Virus record (IMG/VR): IMGVR_UViG_3300025012_000029
Coordinates: 137,145 to 201,144 of that record
Strand: one strand, 5' to 3'
Origin: a virus
Taxonomy: Duplodnaviria; Caudoviricetes
Length of the DNA: 64,000 nucleotides
Numbering within the stretch: position 1 is the first letter of the stretch; each line of letters starts with the position of its first letter. Below the pieces are notes generated by a model. The model was given only the letters and a program-made list of their open reading frames with translations. It was not told where the DNA came from and searched no databases. Of the stretch, positions 46,012-53,566 are shown piece by piece. Made by a program: the position numbers and the translations under genes.

Positions 46012-46698
46012 TCAGGTCCATAAATATTTTCTTAATTTTATGAGCTTATCAAGATTATCGTCATCTTTTCTCTCAAACTCTTCTTTCTTTTTAGAAAATT
46101 CTTCCCATTTGGGATTTTCGAAAAAATGAGAAGTATCCCATATTCTACATCCTGGATGTTCTGGAGATTCTTTGAATTTTATCGATAAATCCATGCCATC
46201 ACAAATATGATGTATTTCATCATACTCTTTTTCTCTGTCTTCTTTCCACCAATGATAAAGTTTAAATATTTCCTCATAAACTCTAGTTGCTTCCTCATTG
46301 TGTTTCTTTTTATTTTCTGTTGAGTGTTCTTCTTCGCTTAATTCATCAAAACAACCAATTTGGCGCTTAAGCATACCTAAACCATCTTCTTTTTCAACAA
46401 ATTCTACAAGACAATTAAAACAAGCATGGAACATTCTCCAATCTTGATCCATCCATCCATATCGATATTCTTTGGTTCGAAGGTCTAACATATGATATCG
46501 GTTGATGGTGTGACATCTAATCCAATACCAAATATCATGAAAGGGACGCTTAATATCCCTTAATGCGTCTAATACAGCATGCTTGATTTTTTGTTTAACC
46601 ATTAAATTTCTCCATTTTATTATCGTTATTATATTTTCCTCATAAATTATACTGGGTAGGGGATTTGCACTCCTGCGAAAGGTATGTAACACCTTCAT
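46012..46698 (-). CDS. Conserved hypothetical phage protein; true start likely MVKQK
   Basis: YGWMDQDWRMFHACFNCLVEFVEKE; called start lies inside tRNA-Val. Confidence 0.65.
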   Translation of the reverse strand: MKVLHTFRRSANPLPSIIYEENIITIIKWRNLMVKQKIKHAVLDALRDIKRPFHDIWYWIRCHTINRYHMLDLRTKEYRYGWMDQDWRMFHACFNCLVEFVEKEDGLGMLKRQIGCFDELSEEEHSTENKKKHNEEATRVYEEIFKLYHWWKEDREKEYDEIHHICDGMDLSIKFKESPEHPGCRIWDTSHFFENPKWEEFSKKKEEFERKDDDNLDKLIKLRKYLWT

Positions 46699-46720
46699 GC
46701 TACTTTTACATCAACCCAGT
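46650..46720 (-). tRNA. tRNA-Val(TAC)
   Basis: AAGGT-GTTACAT-ACCTT; T-loop TGCAAAT. Confidence 0.7.
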
Positions 46721-46721
46721 C

Positions 46722-46950
46722 TATTTTTCTTTTTGTTTCTTCCAGAAAATGTGATTGTTTGACTATGACAATTAGGACACAACAATCGTAGATTTTCCAA
46801 TCTATTGTCTGTTCGTATTCCATTTGTGTGGTCTAATTGTAAAGTAATTGATTTTCCATTCCACATCGGTTCCATTTTACATATGTTAACATTTTTCTTC
46901 TAAAATATTTTCATCTAATAATCGTTTTCTCAGATTTGTTGACCAAATAT
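46722..46950 (-). pseudogene. Truncated/frameshifted HNH endonuclease
   Basis: WNGKSITLQLDHTNG..DNRLENLRLLCPNCHSQT with a disrupted upstream LRKRLL..ILEEKC. Confidence 0.75.
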
Positions 46951-46969
46951 ACTCACTATAATTGTGGTG

Positions 46970-47040
46970 TTGCCCCACTAAGATTCGAACTTAGAACAAA
47001 AATTTCAGAGACTTTTATTTTGCCATTAAACTATGGGGCA
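46970..47040 (-). tRNA. tRNA-Gln(CTG)
   Basis: TGCCCCA/TGGGGCA acceptor; loop CTCTGAA. Confidence 0.8.
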
Positions 47041-47041
47041 G

Positions 47042-47130
47042 CGGAGTGTAGAAGAATCGAACTTCTGTGAGCTTATGATCTCAACCTCTGCTTTCGAAAC
47101 AGGTGCTTTTCCAAACTCAGCCAACACTCC
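47042..47130 (-). tRNA. tRNA-Ser(CGA)
   Basis: Long variable arm, G73, loop TTCGAAA. Confidence 0.85.
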
Positions 47131-47363
47131 TAATCAATAACGTTATGTTTATATTTTTTAAGTTCTTTTCTAATAATTTCTTTTAGAACTGGTGTTGGTT
47201 CAGATTTTCCTTCTCGCCATCTTTTAATTGATGGACGTGAACAATCGAACATCTCTGAGACATCCTCATCGTAAACTTCACATTCTTTCATTAGTAATGT
47301 TATTTCTTCAGCCCAAGATATTTCTTTGTTCATACGGAAGATAGAGGATTCGAACCCCTGCAC
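47130..47363 (-). CDS. Small HTH protein; true start likely MNKEIS
   Basis: VSEMFDCSRPSIKRWREGKSEP. Confidence 0.6.
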   Translation of the reverse strand: MQGFESSIFRMNKEISWAEEITLLMKECEVYDEDVSEMFDCSRPSIKRWREGKSEPTPVLKEIIRKELKKYKHNVID

Positions 47364-47422
47364 GACTGATTACGTGACACCAGTTTTCAAGACTGGAACC
47401 TTTCCAACTCGGTCAATCTTCC
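47335..47422 (-). tRNA. tRNA-Ser(TGA)
   Basis: CCAGT-CTTGAAA-ACTGG; long variable arm. Confidence 0.9.
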
Positions 47423-47688
47423 ACAGCATTAACACTATACTCTTCGGACTTTTTTAATATCAGCCTAAACCGATCATGATCTTCTAACCTTAGCATAAAC
47501 GAATCAAAATGTCCATATTTACATTTGTATCCAAAAACATATTTTAAAGCAATCCAAATTCTTTTATACCAACTATTCCATTGATTCAAAAATACAGAAG
47601 CGTAGATATATCCATCTTCATCATCAATGTTAAATTTCAATGTATGTTCATCTGAATAACATTGGCATTCAAAATGTTCTGTATCCAT
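47413..47688 (-). CDS. Hypothetical phage protein
   Basis: FECQCYSDEH...RIWIALKYVFGYKCKYGHFD. Confidence 0.7.
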   Translation of the reverse strand: MDTEHFECQCYSDEHTLKFNIDDEDGYIYASVFLNQWNSWYKRIWIALKYVFGYKCKYGHFDSFMLRLEDHDRFRLILKKSEEYSVNAVED

Positions 47689-47710
47689 TATATCTCCAAT
47701 CTAATTAATA

Positions 47711-47947
47711 TTATTTTCTTACCAAAAGAAGCATTGTCGTGGAACCAATTATGAACCCAAAAGCAGAAAAAAAAGTAAGACGAAGCCTTTCCATAAAGTC
47801 TTTTGTATCGATAAACCACATATACAAAATCATATTAACGAAAGGGAGAATGAAACCAGTGATCGCTTGAGTTATAATCCATCCATGAGCGACAGAATAA
47901 GAATATAAAGAGATCCAAAAATCTGCGATCGCGCTTAATATCGTCAC
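47711..47947 (-). CDS. Small membrane protein
   Basis: Two to three hydrophobic segments. Confidence 0.55.
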   Translation of the reverse strand: MTILSAIADFWISLYSYSVAHGWIITQAITGFILPFVNMILYMWFIDTKDFMERLRLTFFSAFGFIIGSTTMLLLVRK

Positions 47948-48034
47948 AAACAGGTAACGTGTAACGTCTGAATGGGTTCTCCCATATTTTGTTTAATAGA
48001 TTTTTCTCCACCAGGGTCATCCATAAATTATGTT

Positions 48035-48253
48035 TTAATCCTCAACAACTTTAGCATATACAAAAATTAATTGATATATGTTTCCTAATCTAAATAGCTT
48101 AATATCAATATAGTTGCTGACACAAACATTATTCTCCTCCAGAAATTTAGAGAATTCATATTCAATTGTTCCTATAGTTGAAGCAAGTAATATTTTCGTT
48201 CTTAACACTCTTGCTTTTAGCTCAATATTATCGAAAACGGAGCAAGAGTTCAT
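48035..48253 (-). CDS. Hypothetical protein
   Basis: ORF in operon. Confidence 0.5.
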   Translation of the reverse strand: MNSCSVFDNIELKARVLRTKILLASTIGTIEYEFSKFLEENNVCVSNYIDIKLFRLGNIYQLIFVYAKVVED

Positions 48254-48513
48254 TGTTCTTTGAACTCCACAATAGAAAGGAAATGTTTAATTGTTTTTTC
48301 AACAAACTCTTTACCCATACATTCTGTATCGCAGATTATTTTACTTCCTTTTTTATAGAAAGCAATTTGTCCAAAACCAAGATGTTCAACACCCCAATTA
48401 AGAATAAATCCGCCATCATTTCCAGTGTGTTTATCCCACACTTCCAGTTCAACATATTTGAATTGTGGATTCTTTTTAGCTTCAGCAATTTCTTCTTTTG
48501 TTCCAAAAACCAT
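48250..48513 (-). CDS. Hypothetical protein
   Basis: ORF in operon. Confidence 0.6.
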   Translation of the reverse strand: MVFGTKEEIAEAKKNPQFKYVELEVWDKHTGNDGGFILNWGVEHLGFGQIAFYKKGSKIICDTECMGKEFVEKTIKHFLSIVEFKEQ

Positions 48514-48774
48514 TTACTTCCTCATATCTTTCTCTTCAACATCTTCCCAATAATGTTTACCATCTTTATCCATCGACCAAACATCCATCGTTTCTTCTTC
48601 ATTAAAAAAGACTACGTTTTCTGAATCTACAGCTCCTTGTTCAATTTTTCGAACAATTTCTCTTTCAAGAGAACGATACATCTTATGAAATAATTTTTTA
48701 TCTTTTTTTTCAGATGCGTGACAAAGAGATCCAACGTTTCCGAATATTTTTGTTTTACGGATTGATCTGCTCAT
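48514..48774 (-). CDS. Hypothetical basic protein
   Basis: MSRSIRK...SEKKDKK...W.M.KDGK. Confidence 0.65.
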   Translation of the reverse strand: MSRSIRKTKIFGNVGSLCHASEKKDKKLFHKMYRSLEREIVRKIEQGAVDSENVVFFNEEETMDVWSMDKDGKHYWEDVEEKDMRK

Positions 48775-48956
48775 AAAGTAATTATGTTCCCATTGACAGT
48801 AACATTAAGAAAACTGTTTAATGAATTTAATTTTAAGTTTTCTAATTAAATCTTTGAGTTTCTTATTTTCTTTGTCAAGTTTACGCTTGTCAAGTTGTAA
48901 CTTGATAACTTCATTTTTAAGACGCTGTATTTCTATTCTATAATCCATATATTGAT

Positions 48957-49030
48957 TGGAATGTATCGGAATCGAACCGATTCTTAAAGAATGCAAATCT
49001 TTCGTGCAAACCCATTAACACTTACACCCC
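48957..49030 (-). tRNA. tRNA-Ala(TGC)
   Basis: G3.U70 pair; AAAGA-TTTGCAT-TCTTT. Confidence 0.85.
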
Positions 49031-49248
49031 AATATGATCGATTTTCGTTCAGTCAATCCATCTCTCAACTTGTAATCGCGCGTAGATAGTTTATTATCAT
49101 TTGGAAGTCATAGTTTCCTCGTTCCATTTGTAAACAACATTGTATCATTGTATTACACACAAATCAATCATCGCACGCACGCGAACATTTGCTAAGAAGG
49201 TTTTTTATGATAGCTCACGCCGCACTATCACCCTCTCGTTACGTGATC

Positions 49249-49851
49249 TTAATCGGATAATTCTCCATGCCAATATAAGCATGTTGCCATATAGTCTCTC
49301 CATGAATCTGGAGCACCTTTATTCCAAAATATAGTTTGGAAGATGTTCTTTGGTTTACTTGGAATAGATAACAAAGTCATTCCAGATTTATGAAGAGGTT
49401 TATCTTGTTTTCGTCTATTACAATCTACACAACAAACGACAACATTTTTCCATTCCGTTATCCCACCTAATGCCCTTGGAACAATGTGATCTAGTGTAAA
49501 CTCTTCTGTCGTACAATGAGTTCCACAATATTGGCATTTTCCTTTATCTCTTGCATAAACATTATCTCTTGAGAATTTTACTCTTCTCACTTTTTTGAAA
49601 ACGTTTTTGACAAATCTGATAATGGAAGGAACTTTGAATGCTTGATGAGCTGAGCGAACCCATAAGTCAGCATATTCTTCTACAATTTCAACCTTATCCA
49701 TCATATAAAGACAAAAAGCACGTTGCCAGCTAATAATTCCTAGTGGTTGATATGAAGTATCGAGCACTAGCGTTTTTGCGTTCACATCCATAATTCTTTT
49801 CCTTTTTAAGTGGAGCGCAGGGGAGTCGAACCCCTTTCCGAAAAACTCCAT
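49249..49851 (-). CDS. HNH endonuclease (McrA/HNH_5-like); true start likely MDVNAK
   Basis: TLVLDTSYQPL, CQYCG, TLDHIVPRALGG, NVVVCCVDCNRRK. Confidence 0.9.
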   Translation of the reverse strand: MEFFGKGFDSPALHLKRKRIMDVNAKTLVLDTSYQPLGIISWQRAFCLYMMDKVEIVEEYADLWVRSAHQAFKVPSIIRFVKNVFKKVRRVKFSRDNVYARDKGKCQYCGTHCTTEEFTLDHIVPRALGGITEWKNVVVCCVDCNRRKQDKPLHKSGMTLLSIPSKPKNIFQTIFWNKGAPDSWRDYMATCLYWHGELSD

Positions 49852-49888
49852 TTGTTGGATTATCTTTCGTCGAAACCATTAGCGCCCC
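49811..49888 (-). ncRNA. Mini-tmRNA: tRNA-like domain only (78 nt), no mRNA-like domain
   Basis: GGGGCGC-TAATGGTTTCGAC-GAAAGAT..TCCA ACAAA TGGA..GTTTTTC-GGAA-AGGGG TTCGACT CCCCT-GCGCTCC-A; G3.U70. Confidence 0.8.
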
Positions 49889-49896
49889 ATATTTTT

Positions 49897-49925
49897 ACTA
49901 TAAATAACTATTCATCATTTGTCAA
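49897..49925 (-). promoter_or_regulatory. Sigma70-like promoter for the mini-tmRNA/HNH unit
   Basis: TTGACA-17 nt-TATAGT ending 9 nt before G1. Confidence 0.75.
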
Positions 49926-49960
49926 ATAGATTTGACATTCGCAATTATGAATGATAAGAA

Positions 49961-50278
49961 TTAATCATGATTTTTAAGCATTCTATCAACTTCTTCCTTA
50001 TCTCTTGTTTGATAAAAGATTAATCTTATTCTTTCTAAAATCTTTTTTCTATTCTTGAGTCTTGTTTTTGCTGGGAATGTTGACGTTAAAATTCCAAACA
50101 ACGCATGATGCGAGGTTATTTTCTCAACATCTATCAACTCAAGAATTTTATCAATGATATCAAACCTATTCCTGTTCATTAAATTATGCATCATATCAAA
50201 CATATAATCTAATTGTAAATCATCTGATAAATTTGTATTTTCAATTATATTTCTTGCGATCAATTCAGAATTATTCAT
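49961..50278 (-). CDS. Hypothetical protein
   Basis: Helical ORF between RNA genes. Confidence 0.6.
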   Translation of the reverse strand: MNNSELIARNIIENTNLSDDLQLDYMFDMMHNLMNRNRFDIIDKILELIDVEKITSHHALFGILTSTFPAKTRLKNRKKILERIRLIFYQTRDKEEVDRMLKNHD

Positions 50279-50296
50279 ATTTATTCACACATTAAG

Positions 50297-50370
50297 AGGA
50301 TAGGGAGGGACTTGCGCCCACTAAAATTCGTTTTGCAGACGAATGCCTCGACTACTTCAGCTTCCTATCC
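50297..50370 (-). tRNA. tRNA-Cys(GCA)
   Basis: TTCGT-CTGCAAA-ACGAA; U73; T-loop CGCAAGT. Confidence 0.8.
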
Positions 50371-50375
50371 ACAAA

Positions 50376-50585
50376 TCATTTAATTGCTTTCTTTTCACAT
50401 AAAGATAACATCACTAACGCAATTATGTGCTTTGCCTCAGATAAACATTCGTCAGCGGGTACATTGGAAGACAAAATGAATTGTTTTGTAAGATAACAAT
50501 TTACCTTCTTTTCTAATTCATTATCTCCGTCCATTTGTTCCCAAGTTACTTTACCTTTAACAACTCTACTTATTTCTTTTTTCAT
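50376..50585 (-). CDS. Hypothetical protein
   Basis: Small ORF. Confidence 0.5.
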   Translation of the reverse strand: MKKEISRVVKGKVTWEQMDGDNELEKKVNCYLTKQFILSSNVPADECLSEAKHIIALVMLSLCEKKAIK

Positions 50586-50588
50586 AAC

Positions 50589-50665
50589 ATTGTGGTGACG
50601 AGTCGAACGCCTTGAAATAACTTTTGGAGGGTTACCCGAATCCGATTCGGTTTAATCTACCACAA
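50589..50665 (-). tRNA. Degenerate tRNA-Trp(CCA)
   Basis: TTGTGGT/ACCACAA acceptor; loop CTCCAAA; weak anticodon and T stems. Confidence 0.5.
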
Positions 50666-50692
50666 TATAATTTAGATGAATTCATCTAAAAG

Positions 50693-50766
50693 CACCCCTA
50701 GGAGGATTTAAACCCACCAACTCAAAGTTCGTAGCTTTGTGTGATATTCAGTTTCACTATAGGGGT
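50693..50766 (-). tRNA. tRNA-Arg(ACG)
   Basis: CAAAG-CTACGAA-CTTTG. Confidence 0.85.
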
Positions 50767-50771
50767 ATAAT

Positions 50772-50944
50772 TCTAATAGAGCAGATTTCCACTGCGTTGA
50801 GGATAGGCGTGATATGAGTAACGCCTCGTTTTACATCTTGTCCGCCAGCTTACCATACCCATCTGGCTGGTCTTGTCCGCACCGTATCACTACACCGAAC
50901 AAGTTCTCCTTCAACTGATTACCTCCTAAGGAGGTTCTATTAGA
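50772..50944 (-). ncRNA. Unannotated 173-nt structured RNA with tRNA-like outer frame
   Basis: 9-bp terminal stem TCTAATAGA/TCTATTAGA, ACCTCC/GGAGGT, GTTGA(A)GGA/TCCTCAAC, AGGCGT/ACGCCT, GCAG-TGGAAAT-CTGC. Confidence 0.7.
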
Positions 50945-51016
50945 TGCGAATACCAAGAATCGAACTTGGAAAAAAAGTTTATCAGACTTTTATGATAACC
51001 ATTTCATCATATTCGC
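50945..51016 (-). tRNA. tRNA-Ile(GAT)
   Basis: AAAGT-CTGATAA-ACTTT. Confidence 0.88.
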
Positions 51017-51020
51017 CCAT

Positions 51021-51113
51021 TGGGGAGTCAGGGATTCGAACCCCGCTACCGCAAACCAGTATCGCTATTTGTTAACGCGGACTTGTTTTACAGACAAGTG
51101 CGATTAACTCACC
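51021..51113 (-). tRNA. Atypical tRNA-Tyr(GTA)
   Basis: CTTGT-CTGTAAA-ACAAG; about 36-nt variable region; no canonical D-arm; 5' boundary uncertain. Confidence 0.6.
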
Positions 51114-51201
51114 GTTTAGTATACATTCCACTTCGGTATACTAGCGAACTGAACTTCTTGTCAATCCTCTCTACAATGGAGGGACGCACAGATAAAGTGG
51201 A

Positions 51202-51272
51202 TCGCGATTACCAGAATCGAACTGGTAAATTAATTTTATGAGAATTATGTGATTCCATTTCACCAAATCGCG
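51202..51272 (-). tRNA. tRNA-CAT (elongator Met or Ile2)
   Basis: TAATT-CTCATAA-AATTA; fully paired acceptor stem. Confidence 0.85.
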
Positions 51273-51533
51273 TTATTTTCTCTTTTTTCTCATTTCTATT
51301 TCATGAAGTTCAATTGAAATATCTATACATTTTTTCTCAATTACTTCATATTCTACAATCTCACAATCCTTGTATACAAGTGGATTTCCACTTTTGACAA
51401 TAAAAACAAGATGTAATTTCAATTGTCCCTCTCCGTTCCATGTCTTTCCTTTTTCAGAAAATCTTGGCTTACTTCCGCCTTTCGAAAATAAACCTTCTTG
51501 ATTTCTTATTTTATAGATCATATTAATTATCAA
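51273..51533 (-). CDS. Hypothetical phage protein
   Basis: YKIRNQEGLFSKGGSKPRFSEKGKTW. Confidence 0.65.
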   Translation of the reverse strand: MIINMIYKIRNQEGLFSKGGSKPRFSEKGKTWNGEGQLKLHLVFIVKSGNPLVYKDCEIVEYEVIEKKCIDISIELHEIEMRKKRK

Positions 51534-51540
51534 AGATAAA

Positions 51541-51615
51541 TTGCGGGTACAAGAGTCGAACTTGTTATCTCGAAGGTTATGAGCCTTGAATGATTATCCG
51601 TTTCACCCACCCGCT
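51541..51615 (-). tRNA. Initiator-like tRNA-fMet(CAT)
   Basis: Unpaired 1:72 (A/A); CAAGG-CTCATAA-CCTT. Confidence 0.8.
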
Positions 51616-51979
51616 ATATATTGTTGTTTTTTCTTCTTTTCTGTTCGTCATACATTTCTATCCACTCAAATAAAGGAATGAAAACTTCTGTATGTTTATT
51701 ATCATCCCACATAATCCAACCCTGAAGTTCTTTAACCAATTCATTAATTCTAAATCTTTCTCGACCAGTCAGATCTGATAAATGTTCAGAGCCGTTAATA
51801 TCTTCCCAAACTCTATATTCGATATATCCACACCATCCAGCGCAAGTTTCACGTTCTGAGAACTGCGAGATTATATTTTTGAGTTCATTAAAAGCTTCTT
51901 TATTCATAATAATATTACCATGCTCACAGAGAGATTCGAACTCCCAACGCACACGGTCTAAACGTGTTGACTCTACCAA
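51614..51979 (-). CDS. Hypothetical protein; true start likely MNKEAF
   Basis: SERETCAGW..IEYRVW; called start lies inside tRNA-Leu. Confidence 0.6.
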   Translation of the reverse strand: MVESTRLDRVRWEFESLCEHGNIIMNKEAFNELKNIISQFSERETCAGWCGYIEYRVWEDINGSEHLSDLTGRERFRINELVKELQGWIMWDDNKHTEVFIPLFEWIEMYDEQKRRKNNNI

Positions 51980-51994
51980 TTGGTCTATGTGAGC
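51921..51994 (-). tRNA. tRNA-Leu(TAG) with short variable loop
   Basis: ACACG-TTTAGAC-CGTGT; A73. Confidence 0.8.
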
Positions 51995-52230
51995 TTTTTT
52001 TTCATTCTTTCTCTAACTTCTTCATGTGTATAATACCACTTCATTTTACAACAAGCAAGTCCCAAAGTAATGTGACAGCAAGTTCTGAAATCTAAAAGAT
52101 CATCGCTTTTTCTAGCATAAAGACTATTCAAGAAATAAAATTTAATCGCTTCATAAGGAACGAGAAAATAATATCTTCTTCTCCATAGTTTAACATACCA
52201 AGAACAATATTGGAATCGTTTTTCTTCCAT
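51985..52230 (-). CDS. Hypothetical protein
   Basis: WYVKLWRRRYY...KMKWYYT.EEV. Confidence 0.6.
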   Translation of the reverse strand: MEEKRFQYCSWYVKLWRRRYYFLVPYEAIKFYFLNSLYARKSDDLLDFRTCCHITLGLACCKMKWYYTHEEVRERMKKKLT

Positions 52231-52241
52231 AAATTAATTAG

Positions 52242-52314
52242 CACTCCCGATAGGACTCAAACCCATACCAAAGCGTTAGAAGCGCCTTATGCTATTCTTT
52301 TACACTACGGGAGC
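52242..52314 (-). tRNA. tRNA-Arg(TCT)
   Basis: AGGCG-CTTCTAA-CGCTT. Confidence 0.85.
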
Positions 52315-52319
52315 AAAAG

Positions 52320-52393
52320 GTTGTATGATGAGAATTGCACTCACTAACAACAGCTTCACAGGCTGTCCGCTAACTATTTTGCGTTCATACAAC
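52320..52393 (-). tRNA. tRNA-His(GTG)
   Basis: G-1:C73; ACAGC-CTGTGAA-GCTGT; T-loop TGCAATT. Confidence 0.85.
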
Positions 52394-52495
52394 ATAGCAA
52401 TAATAAATAATATTTACTTTTCATTTAACTCATCACAACAAAAACAACAAGAAAAAAAGTTGTTATTACAATTGGAATGTATTTTATATCCATAG

Positions 52496-52579
52496 TGCAG
52501 GTAGAGGGACTCGAACCCCCACGCCCTCACGGGCGGAAGCTCTTAAGGCTTCTGCGGCTGCCAATTACGCCATACCTGC
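52496..52579 (-). tRNA. tRNA-Leu(TAA)
   Basis: GAAGC-CTTAAGA-GCTTC; long variable arm. Confidence 0.92.
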
Positions 52580-52601
52580 ATTTTATTTAACTTACAATTC
52601 T

Positions 52602-52630
52602 ATATTACCAGTTATTATTGATTCTGTCAA
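52602..52630 (-). promoter_or_regulatory. Sigma70-like promoter
   Basis: TTGACA-17 nt-TAATAT upstream of tRNA-Leu(TAA). Confidence 0.5.
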
Positions 52631-52644
52631 TAAGTAATTTTTAA

Positions 52645-52717
52645 TCAGGGTGGTGAGAGTCGCACTCACAATCTCATCACTCCGAATGACGCAGGTTTCT
52701 ATCAACCCTTCACCCTG
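52645..52717 (-). tRNA. tRNA-Pro(CGG)
   Basis: CAGGGTG/CACCCTG acceptor; loop TTCGGAG; T-loop TGCGACT. Confidence 0.75.
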
Positions 52718-52792
52718 TTAAATCGGATAACGTGCTAGCTTACACCACACAACTTAAGAGTCTGACCGTATCCCAGCGACTCCTTTATCCTA

Positions 52793-52866
52793 TACCTTTG
52801 ATCAGATTCGAACTGATAACAATTTGTTTTTGAGACAAATGACTCTACCAATTGGTCTACAAAGGC
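52793..52866 (-). tRNA. tRNA-Leu(CAA) with short variable loop
   Basis: TTTGT-CTCAAAA-ACAAA; D-arm identical to tRNA-Leu(TAG). Confidence 0.8.
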
Positions 52867-52869
52867 TCA

Positions 52870-52943
52870 CGTACCCTAAAAGAATCGAACTTTTCTTGTA
52901 CAGTTTAACAGACTGTCGCAATCTCCAGACATGCCAAGGGTAC
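52870..52943 (-). tRNA. tRNA-Asn(GTT)
   Basis: ACAGT-CTGTTAA-ACTGT; G73. Confidence 0.85.
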
Positions 52944-52956
52944 ATAATTTATAATA

Positions 52957-53028
52957 AGCTTCTTGCCGGTACTGCCCCGGCTTATCCAGTTTACAAGACT
53001 GGCATATCACTTTTTATATTTAAGAAGC
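52957..53028 (-). tRNA. tRNA-Thr(TGT)
   Basis: CCAGT-CTTGTAA-ACTGG; T-loop GGCAGTA. Confidence 0.75.
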
Positions 53029-53040
53029 AAAGTGTTGGTT

Positions 53041-53487
53041 TTACCCTATAGCCAACAAGGAATTAATCATTTTACAAATTGAATTTACAGTTTTTGTCCC
53101 GAAAAGAAGTTTAACCGACTTAATGTCTTTTTTTTCTAAAATCAAATGGATATTGTCTGCCCCTACTGGGTTCATACTCCATATAATGACAGGAACATCT
53201 TTCCACTCTATCTTTTTAGCTGCATCAGATCCGTTTTTATAAACAGAATATGTTGTTTTTCCATAGCTTGGATGTCCTGAGCAAACATAATGATCATAAT
53301 CTAAATCATGATCCAACACAATCATATCAGGAGGATTATTTTTGTTTTCATTCATCCAAATTTCGAAATCATTCACTTGAGTTTTCCAGATAATGTTAAC
53401 TTTTTCAGTCAAACCGAAGTGAGATAATTTCTTTTTCAGAAAAATTATTCTCTCTTCAGAATCTTCAAGAATTAAAATATTTATCAT
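53041..53487 (-). CDS. Stand-alone receiver-fold protein (cyclic-phosphate-processing REC-like)
   Basis: ILILEDSEER, IVLDHDL, NGSD, IIWSMNPVGA. Confidence 0.7.
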   Translation of the reverse strand: MINILILEDSEERIIFLKKKLSHFGLTEKVNIIWKTQVNDFEIWMNENKNNPPDMIVLDHDLDYDHYVCSGHPSYGKTTYSVYKNGSDAAKKIEWKDVPVIIWSMNPVGADNIHLILEKKDIKSVKLLFGTKTVNSICKMINSLLAIG

Positions 53488-53490
53488 AAG

Positions 53491-53562
53491 CGCCTCATAG
53501 GAGTTTCGATCTCCTTATTTTATCGTGACAGGATAATGTGATAGCCAGTTCACCAATGAGGC
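53491..53562 (-). tRNA. tRNA-Asp(GTC)
   Basis: TTATC-CTGTCAC-GATAA; G73. Confidence 0.85.
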
Positions 53563-53566
53563 AAAA

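Noticed and set aside
49031-49150. Possible tmRNA tag reading frame supplied in trans (CCA AAT GAT AAT, PNDN...)
   Set aside because: Superficially like ANDN but no Ala resume codon, no terminal hydrophobic-AA-stop, and no pairing to the mini-tmRNA found by eye
52722-52775. tRNA-like 5' half (GTTGTGTGGTGTAAGCTAGCACGTTATCC)
   Set aside because: No anticodon loop, T-arm or 3' acceptor strand; at most a remnant
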